From Eledone cirrhosa (lineage: Eukaryota), in NCBI GenBank assembly GCA_964016885.1, contig OZ024740.1, forward strand, positions 199,888,001 through 199,952,000: a DNA stretch of 64,000 bases, written 5' to 3'. This document shows positions 10,862-24,504 of this stretch, in pieces (position 1 is the first letter of the stretch; each line of letters opens with the position of its first letter). The notes beneath the pieces were generated by a model. That model was given only the letters and a program-made list of their open reading frames with translations. It did no database searches and had not been told where the DNA came from. A program made the translations under genes and the position numbers.

Positions 10862-12781
10862 GGTTCTGCTGCAAACTCTTGTATTTGGATCCTGTCCCAA
10901 AAATATATTCACGTTCTCCTTTTGAAGTAGTTTGTTTTACATTGCTTTTTCGCGTTTAATTCATTTGCCTTACAACTGTTTAAGATGTTAGCGACAACTT
11001 TGTTTTATTTGTTTAATATCAGCTTTTTTCTAACATCAAAGAAAACACAAATATTAATGGCCGTATTTCTATTTAGTACTATGTCTTTGATATATATAAT
11101 GCTTCAACGGATGATGCTTTCACTGCTTCGCTTTGAAGGAGACAATATTGGTATTCGCATTGTAAAGAGAATACATGTTATATATAGCTAATATCTCCAT
11201 CAAACAACTATCAATGACGTGTAGTTACGTGACTTAGTTGGTAAGACATTTTGACTCCTGATCATCAGTTTGGTGGTTTGATTCGCAGTACTGGCAGTGC
11301 TTTGTGTTTTCAGTGAAGCGCACTATTTCACGATACCTTTCGTGACAGTAAATCATCCGAGAAACCTCTCACGAGAAGCGCCGTCACCGAGGGCTAGCTA
11401 AATCTGCTTTGGTGTAAGCTGTAAATTTCATATCTTATCGTAAATGAACCTCTTTTTGACGGAAAACATTCTTCTGTTCGATCAAAGGAAGTCCTATCCC
11501 GAATCCTCAAATTAAGTGGTAAATAGTTCCACTAAAATATTTACGTCGAACATAATTCTCGGACAGAATCTTGTAACAGCTGAATGACAGATGCAGTCTC
11601 TTCAATTGTGTAACACAATGATTCGCCGTGCTTAAGTTCTAAGCGCAGAGGCTCGTTGGGCCTGAGTTAATTTGGCTTTGTTTGAATTAAGTGCAGGTCA
11701 ATGGCATATTTAATTCTCACCTATTGATAACACTTTGTCTCAGGTCCGTTATTTGTAACTTACAATTTTCTCCACGTTAATCTGACGATATATAACTAAG
11801 GTACATCGTTGCGGGACTAAACCAAGAACCATGTGACTACGAAGAACCATAGTGAAAACGAAATAGTCTGATATAGAGCGTCATACAAAAAAGTACCATT
11901 TGGGGTGCAGCAATGTTTGGTTACTGGTAGATGTCTCCATTATATATAAATCCCAATATATAATAGTCTGTGACAATTGGAAAAAGTCAGTACATATTTT
12001 AAAATCTTTTCTTCATTCTCTTATTCTAAGTCAATAATATTTAGCTGAGATGGCTAAAATATGAACTTATTCAATAATATATTATTGCATTGCATGAACA
12101 GATCGGTAGGTATTTCTATAGCCACAAACGGTATCCAGTGTATCGCAAACATATATCAAATACATTGAATCATTGTCTATTCGCAGGGAACTGGCTTCGT
12201 ATAGAATGATAAAAACGATATTTTCAATTAAGATAATTTCTCTTTATCAATAAAACGAATCGTGGTCTTATGTAATATATCATAATAAATATTACTTTGT
12301 TTCCTCGATACAAAGTGATCCAACATTAAGCATACATTTTATCGATTATCTACCATAGTTACACCTGACTCTAAAAAGGCATTTTATAGATTCTAATAGC
12401 ATCCAGTATGTAAGATACTTTTTCTCAGTGTTTGTATTGAAAGATGTTACCGTTATGTCGTTCGTTTGAGGAAATATATTCCTTTATATAAACCCTATCT
12501 GAATATTGTTGCAGGATGATCAGAAAGAAGGCGTAACTGGACATAGAAAAGCTCGCATTAATAGATGACGTTGCCAGGTTTTGAGTGGTGTATAGACATC
12601 TACAGAGATATTAATGCCCCATTAATCTTCGATCTATAACCATTAAGGAGAGTATATTAACGGAAATATACGGAATTGTGACAAGCATTGTCTCAAATAC
12701 ATTTTGCCGTACATATTCAGCTCTTTTCCGCTATGGTAATAATATGAATCAGTCAATATACACATAAATAAATGGGGAATA

Positions 12782-12885
12782 TAGGCGATGATATAGCTGC
12801 GTGGTTAAGAAGTTAGATTTGGAATATGGTAATATCGGCTTCAGTTCCATGGTGTGGCAACTTGGGCAAATGTCTGCTTCTGTAA
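12782..12885 (+). mobile_element. Degenerate tRNA-derived SINE head (second family)
   Basis: AGGCG..TAGCTGCGTGGTTAAGAAG A-box-like start, GGCTTCAGTTCC B-box-like motif, then CTTGGGCAAATGTCT. Confidence 0.5.
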
Positions 12886-13527
12886 GCATTTGAATTTCTG
12901 ATAACAGCTATGTAAACTAAAGTAAAATAACAGAAAGTGTATTGCTCAAATAAAACAACGTCCGACGGGATTTGATCTCTGAACCTTGCGATTGTGAGTT
13001 CAACAAATTCACCACCAAGCCATGGTCCTCCACGTCAAGTATGTGATATGGCGTTTTCATTATTAGCCTAGTTTTCTCAAAGAGCCATTTCCTGCATTTA
13101 TTTATTCTTTTATTTGTTTGAGCCATAAGACTGTAACAATGCCTCCGCAGCGACATCCAGGGATTTAGTCGATTATATCGGCCACAATTCTCATATCTCC
13201 ATGTCTGGTACATATCAATCTCTTGCTGTGATATCACCGAGGGTGAGGGGACATAAACAAAAAGTAAAGGTGAACACACGTGCATACACACACACACACA
13301 CACACCCACACAGGGAGAAACACACACACACACATACAGACATACATTTTCGGGTTATAGCTACTGTCGCTCAGACAGTGGGATTGGCTCAGTGCACAGT
13401 CTATCCTCACTTTAAAAAATACCTTCACGCACAGGCATTGCACGACAGAATTAATTAATAATTATTAATAATGTTGTATCGTGCAATGACCATACTCGAT
13501 AACGAGAGGGAAGCCATCATATATATA

Positions 13528-16500
13528 TAGCCAAATAATTTATGAAAGAGTTACAAGCCATTAAAACATATCTTTATCAAGCTCTTACACGCGTTTCGCC
13601 CAATGGGGATCATGTGAGGCAGATATTGCAAGCAAAGATTTTAATTACATACCCTGTAAGGGTTAAATACAAGTTTTACATCACCTTGCATAGTAAATAC
13701 AAATGTTAAAAGTGTAAACACGGTGAAAACGAGTGTAGTTTGCTAATGGAGGTAATTACCGGTGCAAGTATAACGTTTGCTATGTAAGTTATGACCACTA
13801 CCAGCTATGGAAAAACATGTTTTCTTTATTTAAAAGGAATTAACATATGCAGGGTTGGTCAACTCAGTATAAATGAAGCCGTGTTAAGGTGTGAATATGA
13901 AAGACTATTGGTAAAGTAGTTAAATACTACCAACAGGTATACCTAATTCATGGGGGCATGTTGAGTGCGAATTAGAAGGCCTAGAAAAATAAAACTAATT
14001 TGGATTGAAGTAGTATGTTCATATGATCAATTGTCTAAGAAATAATTCAAGTTTAAGCAAAGTTCGTAATGTTACTTAAAGCCGGTCTAGCCGAGAGGAA
14101 GAATATAGCGGGGTAGGCCCCACTTGATATATGCTGCGCAACTTCCTAGCGGGAAAACAGTGGGTGGATGATGGTATTATTCCACATTGTTTAATGGTTA
14201 ATCTACCGCTGGTAAGTGAGGCCAAGATGCGTTGCTGAGAACATCAGGTGTGATAATGGTTATTCCGCTGTTGGGTTCCATCTGTAGAAAGATTGTTGTA
14301 GTCGATGGCCGCAATTGATGACAGTTTCGGCCCGACTATTTATGAGTTCCAGGGGTGCTTGCACTATATAAAACCCTTCCATTAGGAAGAGATGGCAGCT
14401 TTTTTTAAAATTATATGTTGCAGCTTGGTTCACAATTTTCCAATGAGTGGTGTAGCTAATGTTAGAGTCTGTTAATTGGGTAATAAAATTATCGAGGGAA
14501 GTAGAGTATCTAAGCTTCCTATTCCTAAAAGAGTGGAGATGCGCACGAAATCTAGTATTGAACGCCCCAGAAGTAGCTCCTATGTAAGACTTAACACTAT
14601 TAAAGGTAGTAACCGTGCATCTACAGATAACGTTTCTAGTCAAGCAGTAGCCTCGGAGTGAACAATTGTCAGGGTTACGACAGTTGCAATGTTTTTTGAT
14701 GGCGAGGGCTGGTGTTAATCCTATTACTATTATTAACTACAGCACCATATCTGCCATTTTTGTGGTTGGCGTTATTATCGCGACAAACACGCGTAGTGCT
14801 GCTATGTCCACTTCTCGTGTTATAGCGTCTTCTACAGCGGTTTTAATAGCCACTATGGTTTCTAGCTCTGTCGTCGGTCACACTACTGGTGCTACGGTTA
14901 GTTTCTAAGGTGGTGTTATTGTGTATGCTACCGCTAATACTAAGATACCTGTCCTGGTTGCTAATATCGTTATATTGTAGGGTGACAGATTTGTTAAGGT
15001 TGGCCGAGTTGTCATATTCCCTAATTTTCTCATTACAGGCATGCTGCATTCTAGTGAGCTTACTGTGGTTGCTTATAGCTATGAGGCCAGCTAGATTAGT
15101 TGTAGTAGAATAAAAAATGTTCACGTTGTTCTTATTGAGGATTGTTCGGTATATGTGGTTAGGTGGGAAGTTCCTCTCTAAAGCGTCGAAAAATATTCTA
15201 GGTAAATTAGAGGCCACACTCCGAGAGTAGGGGGGATGGAACCATAGATATTACGGCGGCGTTTTCGTGTTGTTCTGGGGTTACTGTGGAGGTTATTGCC
15301 GTGGTAGGTGTCCCTATCAAGGTAATGGTGCAGCTGGATAATGCGTGCCTTGTTAGCATTATGCCTATGTGTACAGCCACCAACCCAGCGCGGTGGTTCT
15401 GGGTTTCCCTATTCAGGTTAGAGGGTGTTGGTAATAAACCGTCGCCTTTATTAAGCCTGTATGCAGGGAATAGTTCGAGTAGGTTGTAGTTACTACTATT
15501 AGCCGGACTATGATCGCGTAGGTATGGTAATACACCCGTCCCGCCAGCTTTATGGTTACGATACAGGGCATAGCTAGTGGCATTATTAGCTCCGAGGTTA
15601 ACTTTGCTTTTCATCCTTACGGGGTCGATAAAATAAAGTACCAGTAATACACTGGGTAATTTGCTGGCCTTGTGCCAAAAGTAGAAACAATTATTAGCTC
15701 TTCTAATACTTTTTCACTTTTAGAGCCACTGTGGCGGTGGTTATAGATATGGCTCGCTATAACACTTGTCCTACAGGAAGGGGCTTTGTAGATCCTGCAT
15801 CGTGAAGGTATGAGATTTTGCTGTTATAACCAGAATCAGCCAATGCATTGTTGTAACAATTACCAGTTTGGTTGAACAGGCCTTCATTAGCAGAAAGTCA
15901 CGAGATTCTATGTGAGATGCTATACACTATAGAGTTGAGCGTAGATTTAGGGTGGTTAGAAGCATAGTTGAGGTGAGGACGTCACCTGACTTGTGGTAGG
16001 GTCTGTATAAGCCAGTATCTAATCCTAACGCAACATCTAAGGAGATAACTATATTATGGTTGAGGTCTATAGTTACACAGAGGCTGTATGATTTAAAGAA
16101 TTTGTGTATACGTTTATTAAGGTTTTCTATCCTACGGGGCTATGGTTCTTTACGGTAAATAGGGCATCGTCCCTATATACACCTCCTTGTAGCACAGGGA
16201 ACTCGTCTCTAAGTCTGTGCAGGAGGTAAATTCCAACTACGTCAGTTGCCTGCGCTGAGTCACTTGACCCCATCGTGATATCAAAGTTGTCAGGACGGTT
16301 GGTTCTGGTCCAGTAGGAACCCTCAAAATGAATAATGATTCTCTGCGCTGCAAGTACTATATCAATTTCTTTTTTAGTTAAAGTAGTGTTATATTTAGCT
16401 AAGATGAGGGACTTGTTTAGAAGTATAGGAGAAATAGAAGCGTAGTAATTGTCTATGTCGAACTGGATCAATTTTAGAGAGGCCTTATCAGGTAGATCTG

Positions 16501-17640
16501 TGAACCATTTAATAACCTGGTCGGTATTGTTCCAGAGACGGACCTTAGCTTTACTATTAAGTTCAGGTATTATCCTATCGAGTATCACTTTGCTAATTCC
16601 ACCTATATATGAAGTGGAGGGGCATATTAATCTAATAGAGGGGCATTCGTTAAAATTAGATTTGTGATCCTGAAGAGAAAATGTTGGTGTCATAGGTATA
16701 TAAGGGTTAGTTTACTTATAAATATCTAAGCTAGTTACAATGTCTTTGCCTAATCTATTTATGTCATTTAGTGTGCTAATATGTGTTTTCTTGTAATTTT
16801 ATTTAGTTCGTTGTAGATGAATTGTCTGTATCTACTTACATCCAACTTATACAAGTTCTTAGTTTTATCAGAGGCTACAAAATGGTGCCTGTCATTCTTG
16901 ATTTTAGTGATGAGAGAGTCCAGGGACTTCAGGAACGTATTGCTGCATTTGCGTCTATTCTTAAGCTTGATGATTTTGATCATATTGAGTAAGTCTTCCT
17001 CAAAAGAGTCCAACAGTGTGTTGTGCGGTGAGTTCCGGTAGGTCTTAAAGCCGTATTTTTCTTTAGGTGTAGGAAGATTATTTGTATCCTTATCCAAATG
17101 GTAGGCCTTCCATCTGAACCTACGTATAAATGAATTAGTAGCGGCGATGAGTTGTTTAAGGTAAGTTTTTTCTGGTAGGTATAGGCATTGACTTGAGAGA
17201 CATAAGTAACGGTTGCTTCTCCAACATGATGGCAAGTATTATGTTCAGCTCTACTGAAAGGAGCACGATAATAATAGGTTACAGTACCGTACAGGAGAAT
17301 AGAAAGAAGAGATATAAAGAGGTGCGATACAGAATATTACATGCCAAAAGCGGATGGCGTAAGTGCTCCAGGCTTGGGTTAACAGGGTTAAATATTAGAT
17401 AAGGTTAATATTTAGCGTAAGGTTAAGCAGAGAGGTGAATAGCAAAATAATTGATGAAAGAGTTACAAGCCGTTAAAACATATAAATATTAACCTTACAC
17501 TAAATATTAACTTTCTCTAATATTTAACCCTGTTAACCCAAGCATCGAGCACTTACGCATCCGCTTTTGGCATGTAATATTCTGTATCGCACCTCTTTAT
17601 ATCTCCTCTGCCTATCCTCTTGTACGATACTCTAACCTAT

Positions 17641-17642
<2 letters not shown>
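13528..17642 (-). mobile_element. Penelope-like retroelement, Naiad-type, near full length but decayed (RT, zinc knuckle, GIY-YIG) with a 5' inverted repeat
   Basis: FIRRFRWKA, ASDKTKNLY, QFDIDNYYASI, TMGSSDSA, YRDDAL, WFHPP, HCNCRNPDNCSLRGYC and VICRC..SYIGAT (ORF pieces 17235 to 14260). Terminal direct repeat 13543-13571 matches 17454-17482. Inverted arms about 17273-17424 and 17485-17642. TA flanks. Confidence 0.92.
15590..15696 (+). mobile_element. 5'-truncated SINE inserted in the PLE ORF
   Basis: SINE core and tail interrupting the post-RT region. Confidence 0.85.
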
Positions 17643-17673
<31 letters not shown>

Positions 17674-17679
17674 AAAGAA

Positions 17680-18435
17680 AAAGCCGGTTTGTATTTAATT
17701 TCTTAATTTTTTCTTAAATTGAGACAAGCAAACCCAATTGTCTATAGTTAGTATTCTTTTCACCTTAGCGACCCCGGTCCCTTACGATTTGAGTACATAT
17801 ATATATGTCTGTGTTCGTTTTTCTATTATATTCTATTATAATATACGGCTTGTAAATATCTCTTTCTTAGAGCTATTTTGTTGTAAGAGACTGTTTTCAG
17901 TTCCTAACTCAATATATACATTTGATATATTCGGCTCCGTTAATTTGTTGAGCTATTTCAAATGTCGAATAAACCTGGCTGCTATATTTAGTGGTGTAAG
18001 TTCGTGAGACACGCGAAGATACCATGTGCGCTATTTTATCTATAGCACACTATTCAGTTTCTTAATATACTTAGAAGTGTCTAAGATACTAATCCATCAC
18101 CCAATGATGAGCTTGAATTGGTAATTCTATTCACAATTAACATTGCGAAACAACAACAAGTTGTCTGTGTGATTGGTAGTTACCACAATTCCGGTCTGTA
18201 TTTATTTTCTTAAATGTTTCTTAAATTCAGACAAGCAAACCCAATTGTCTATAGTTAGTATTCTTTTCACCTTAGCGAATCCGGTCCCTTACGATTTGAA
18301 CACATATATATATGTCTGTGTTCGTTTTTCTTTTATATTCTATTATAATATACGGCTCGGAAATATCTCTTTCCTGGAGCTACTTTGTTGTAAGAGACTA
18401 TTTTGAATTCCTAACTCAATATATACCTTTGATAT
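17680..18435 (+). mobile_element. Non-coding retrozyme/pLTR-like element with direct terminal repeats (about 17683-17925 matches 18191-18435; period about 508 bp)
   Basis: Direct repeat with an HHR just upstream of the second copy. A homologue lies at about 34567-34860. Confidence 0.7.
18094..18176 (+). ncRNA. Hammerhead ribozyme with C3>A core change (probably inactivated)
   Basis: CCATCACCCA-ATGATGA-GC...GC-GAAA-CAAC(AACAA)GTTG-TC-TGTGTGATTGG. Homologous to the intact HHR at 34597. Confidence 0.65.
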
Positions 18436-18582
18436 ATATATATATAAATACCCTAGCGTCCCCCTTATTTACGTGTCCCAACGACTTTTTTTTAGCCGTT
18501 GCTCGCACCAACCTGAGGTATATGGCCTTTAATGCGAAGAAATGCCTACGACGGTTGGATGGCCACTGATGAGGACAAACTT

Positions 18583-18624
<42 letters not shown>

Positions 18625-21056
18625 ATTAATCTCCCGAGTCTTACAATTTACCTGTTAATTATTCTATTGACAGATTAATTGCATAAGTTTATTTTAAAAA
18701 CTACCCGGTTGAGTGCTTATTCGATTTGTGCTATCTATGCAATTTTTTGTATGATATACACATACTGAATCCACTTGCCAAAATATGCGGAATTTCCCCT
18801 TGTGACTTTCGCATGTGCGTTTACTAAGCTCTGCGTCACTCGCAAAGTTGGTTACAGAGCAAAATTACCTGTTGATAACGTGACATTCCTTGTTCGATCT
18901 TTATTCTGAAAGCTTATAGTTTTAAGCAGACAGTATTATTGATTTAGTTGTCATAGAAACCCTGTATTTGGATTTTACCACCAATTCCATTTGGGTCCAG
19001 GTTTTTATCATTTATTTTGTTTGACCTGTTTAGCCTGATTTGTTTTTTGGCTTAGGTGGTTAATGTCTTCTTAAACACTTTTTCAGTTTCTAAGGCGTTT
19101 TAACATATTGTTTAGCTCTAGTTTTTTAACTATTGGAACGCTTGCCAGCATTTCTACGATTTTGCGATTCGTTTCGCTTTTTCTACCAGCCGAAATACGA
19201 TTCTCGCTGAATTATATATATATATATATATATGTGTGTATGACTGTGTGTATATATACATACCTAGTTTATAAACAATTTCCGTCAACCAGATTATTCG
19301 CACGGTGCTATATATGAATAGAATCACAAGATGCAACAATGTGGGAGTGAACTAAACCCCGCGTGGTTGCGAGGTCAACGCTTAAAAATAATTAAATTTT
19401 GAAACGTGACAAATATTGGCATTATATTTTCTGCACTCTCGCTCAAGGTTTAGACAAAATCTAAAGTTACTTCTAAGCCTAGACGCTCACAAGGATGATG
19501 CGTTCCCCGTGTATATTGAGGTTACGCGACAGCATCAGCCCTCGCCAAGACAACAGTTTTAGCTGAGTGGATGAGAACAACATGAAATACAGAGTCTCTC
19601 ACCTACAATACGACACTCCGTCGCGTATTATTCTCTCAAGCAAAATACTTCAATTACTATTGTGCTGTCCATTGATTATATAAAACCTGTCGCAATATTC
19701 CTGCAGGCTGATCACAAAAACGTGTCTGGACGTTGAAAAACTGGTCGTTGAAAAACTGGACGTTTAAAATAGCTGGGATCGCCGGGTTTTCAGTGACGTA
19801 TCAACGGAGATATTAATTCCCTTTTAATCTATGATCTATAACCATTAAGGTGTGTAGATATATATCTGTAATATACCGCCTCATCAGAGAGACTGATGAC
19901 TCTGTAACTATCCAGAAGAATATCCTACGAGAAAGGTACTGACTCAATTCTAAAACTGTGTGTGTGTGCACACGCGCGTGCGTGAGCGTGTGTGAGCGTG
20001 TGTGTGCACGCGCGCGGCGTAAGCGTGTGTGAGCGTGTGTGTGCGCGCGCGCATTACGCTTAATAATGTTGTAGACATCTCTGTTTGTCAGAAACCAATG
20101 TTACCGCTGATTCATTCAATGTTAAATATAAATACCTGATACACTATTGGAGTTTGAAGTTGACGCCCTGCAATTGTTTCAAGTCATGTCAAAAGGGCCT
20201 GGTTGAACTAATTTCTAAGAAGAAACTATGAACCTGGAACATTTTCCATTGTTACACTTATGACATATCTTAATGTGTAAGAAACTCCCATGAAAGGAAA
20301 ATCTGAGCTAGTCAATTATAACATAAAAAGACATGAGGCCTACTAGCTAAAGTACATGATTTATAATCAAGTGGTCTTTCATCCTATTTCTGTAACGTAT
20401 GGCGTGCTGTATTCTTGGAAAGGCGCTTCGATTATTGTGTTCTGCATTGAAAGAGCAAACACACTTTAAATGAGCCAGATTCATGTAAACGTCAATATTA
20501 CTTTATCACCACACATTCTTTATCGAGTTCTTTGAAATATCACTTTTTGTTGAACCGCCAATCGACGTGACCTAGTCAAAAATGTAGACACGCATACACG
20601 CACTTACATAATTATACTTATGTTTTTACAATAGTCTTCCACATCATTTCCTTCTACCAGATGGCACTCACAATGTATTGATGAGTTCGAGAACATACTA
20701 GAAGACACTTCCACAAGTTGCCGCGCCGAATGATTGAGAAGCAACTCCTTAACTACTCAGATAAGCCTGTGCCTATACAGAAATATATTGTTTCATTCTT
20801 TGGAGAATACTTTCACGACAAAATAACCAACGTGAATGGTCTGGTGTATGATCAGCTGTGACGTTTCATAAAATAATAAAACGTGTGTGTTGTATGACAG
20901 AAGGAGGGTAGCAAAAGAGTATAAGATTAGCTGATGGATAAATAGACAGGTTGTGGTGCTGGAAAAGAGAATTTTATCTAATTTGGACGGTGAGTGGTCA
21001 TGTCGTTAGGAATTTATTAAAATTCAATTTTAGAATCGCAGTATGATTCTGTAATG

Positions 21057-21128
<72 letters not shown>

Positions 21129-21228
21129 GCAGACAGACATACGTACACAACACACACTCACACACATGCACACACACGCACGTACACACACGAACACTCA
21201 CACACACAAACACACTCACACACACACT

Positions 21229-21280
<52 letters not shown>

Positions 21281-21817
21281 CGTATCAATCAGCCGTCTAT
21301 TCTCTAGATCAATATTTAATTATATAGGCTTCTAGCAATCATGCTGACATATAATTGAGAAGTAAAATTTGTTATTGTTTTTTTTTATATAATATTAACA
21401 AAGAAAAAATATACCTATAAAGAAGAACATTTGATTTTCTAAATTTTTATATTAATATTTTTTTTCTGTCTGTTTCTATTTAAGACCAGAATCACTTTCT
21501 GTCTTTTATCTTTCTTCTTACGGATACTGCAACCATGTTCCTCATCTACTTACAGAATATTCAATTAAAGCGTCATATTCTAATGTCCTGCTAGATACAG
21601 TGAAGGAAGGCACTAGAGAGAATCGTGACTTTGCAGACAAGATTCTCGACCTTTGCCAGGAATTCCATAATACTATGATGATTGCTTTCTTTAAGAAAGA
21701 TGCTTCTCTTTTTTCTAATATTTAATTTTTATTTACTCATCTTCTTGTTAATGTTAACCACTCTCGCTAAAGTAGCATGTTTAAAATTATAATGAAGCCT
21801 ATATATATGTGTGTGTG

Positions 21818-21940
<123 letters not shown>

Positions 21941-21983
21941 AAGTATATATATAAGTATATATATGTATATATGTATTTGCACG

Positions 21984-22015
<32 letters not shown>

Positions 22016-22599
22016 GCGTGTTTAAGTGTAAGCGTACGAGTGCATTTATATTTGTTAGTATGGATTTTTGTATCTATATGTGTACGTGTGGCTGTAATGC
22101 CTGGCATACAATTTCATGAAGTTAATATTACAATTTGTGGAAATGACCACATTTTTGCTAATCCATAAACATGCATATGTTTTTTTAACGTATTTATGAT
22201 GGTGAAAGTGATTCTCGTAGAGACACTTCCTGAAATATTTCATTACATTTATCTGAGGAAATCTAACATTTCATACATTTGTCATCACTTATTCAATTTC
22301 AAGATCGACTAACTACTGAACTAATCTGTCCACTTTCAAACACTTTCTCTTAAGACCGCCTAGAGTTCTTCTATTCAACTTGAATCTAAATAAAATATTT
22401 ATCCTACATCATCTCTCCTACACCTACTCAAATGTCATTATGTTGAAATAAATATATTTCTGATACACATCTGTCTAAAGAATAAACTATATTTTATGAA
22501 TTCTTATAGGTGAAGGTGACGTGTTACTAGTTCGGATTTGATAGGATGTTTCGGGCTTCAATCATACTGTTATATCATGAATTCTCTTGGGATGCTAAA

Positions 22600-23715
22600 C
22601 TCCGCCAGATGCAGACTGCGCATAAACATGGGATATTTTTCTCCGCAAAGTTCGATCACCAACAGCAGAGTTTAAAGATCAAAGATCAAGTCCAGTCCAT
22701 AAGTTGACATTATGAAGCCATCGTTTTGGCTGCCAGCCTCTGCTTCTCCTACAAGACAACCTTCCTTCCAAGCATAAACTACTCACACCACGAGTTGATC
22801 TTTTTATATGATCGTATAGTTTATGTACTCTTGACTTGACAATTGATGTACTTGGTCTAGGTTTGGTAATGCTGAGCAACTTACGGATACAGATACAGTC
22901 GCTGAGCCATTTGCCAGTCATAAGTCGCATGATTTGGTTCTGGAATGTATAGAGCTTGAAAGTGACCGTGCCGTCCAATTAACACAGTCAACGCCATATA
23001 ACACAACTGGTAGGATGTCAGTATTAAATATCTTAGCCTTCAAATGATAGGAAACTCGTTTTGATGTTACTACTTCCTTGTTCTTGTTGTAAGCTGCCCA
23101 ACCTAGAGCGATGTGATACTGAACTCCGTAACTTGAGCAATTTGCTGGTTGTAGATTGTGAGTTGGAGATTGGCATTGTTTTTATTAGTTGTCATACACT
23201 TTGTTTTGGAGATGTTGATGTGTAAGCCAGCCTCCAGCGAATGTTTGGCCAGTACATTCAGAAAGTCTTGCAGATCAGTTCTAGAGTCACCCATGCTGGC
23301 CACTCATAGCTAAGATTTGATAGAATTTTACCTCCTATTTGATAGGCAGAGAAGCATGTTTCTCAGTTTGGTAGATAAGTGCAGCTATATCTATATAGAA
23401 AAGAAGTGCTCATAGTTCATCCCCCTACTTAACTTCATTCAAGATGTCTATACAGCGTGTAATTCCCAAATTTGTGTTTATATATGCTGTTCAGTTGGTG
23501 TAAGTTTCTCTCAGCAGGGTGATGTATTTGTTGTTAACTGAAGTCTTGTTTAAGAGTTGCCACTAGCTGGGTAGTTTCACGTTGTCAAAAGCTTTTATGA
23601 AAACAATGAAGGTGATGTGCCTTCTGGAAGAGGCACCATTGAGCAGATCCTAGCTATTGAACAAATCATTGAGAAATCAATAGAATTCAACAACCATGTG
23701 CACATCATCTTCATA
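22600..23715 (-). mobile_element. RTE-like LINE 3' fragment with a 5' inversion (23621-23715 on plus)
   Basis: Minus strand: FIKAFDNV, GLHINISKTKCM and LEGRLSCRRSRGWQPKRWLHNV. The plus-strand piece reads GRGTIEQILAIEQIIEKSIEFNNHVHIIFI. Confidence 0.8.
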
Positions 23716-24504
23716 TCATGAATACCTACATAAAATGAAACATCTTTGACAATTATCTTCATCCATATGTTTAACCAATAGCGTATGAATGAAATTTCTT
23801 AAATGGAAAATGAGGAAATACTAGTTAATAGAAACATGATCCTAGCGACATTTTATCAGCTCCGGTCTATAACTGATTGTCTTTGTGTTTATTCTAGAGT
23901 CCCGGGTTATTGTCAGGGATTTGGGGTCAAAATCGCAAAATCGAGAATTCGGTTCCAGGAACGGTGTCACTTCAGTCGGCTCAGCCCAGACATTTGGAAA
24001 TAATCTGATATGCTCAATTATTTAATGCCAATATATCAAAAATAAGCAATGGCCCGATATTCCTTCGCTCATCGGTTAAGTATTAACGTTATTTTTTTTC
24101 CATAAGCTTTAAAGTCATATTCTCTAGTGAATAAGATTTTTTTAGTCATAAATTCTTATGAATTCACTTAATTAATACAGTTGTAAATCGTGCAACTTAT
24201 TAAACTGATAATTAACTTAATACATCATAATTATAAATGAGCAAATCTTATGGAAATTAGTGGTTTTTAAATTCTAATTATAAATGTATTAGAGGATAAG
24301 TAGTCTTATATCTGAATACCTCTAATAAAACTCTTTACACAAACTATTCTTGATTTATTACATGGCATTCCAATTAAATAATAATAATAATAATGGTTTT
24401 TGATTTAGGCAAAAGGCCAGCAATATTGGGGAAGGGAAGGGCGATTAAATTACTGGTACTTTTTTTATTCGATCCCGTAAGCATGAAAGGTAAAGCTAAT
24501 CTCC

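Noticed and set aside
19878-19905. TCATCAG-AGAGA-CTGATGA, a hammerhead core on both strands
   Set aside because: No matching stem II, GAAA or stem I on either strand. It is only a small hairpin.
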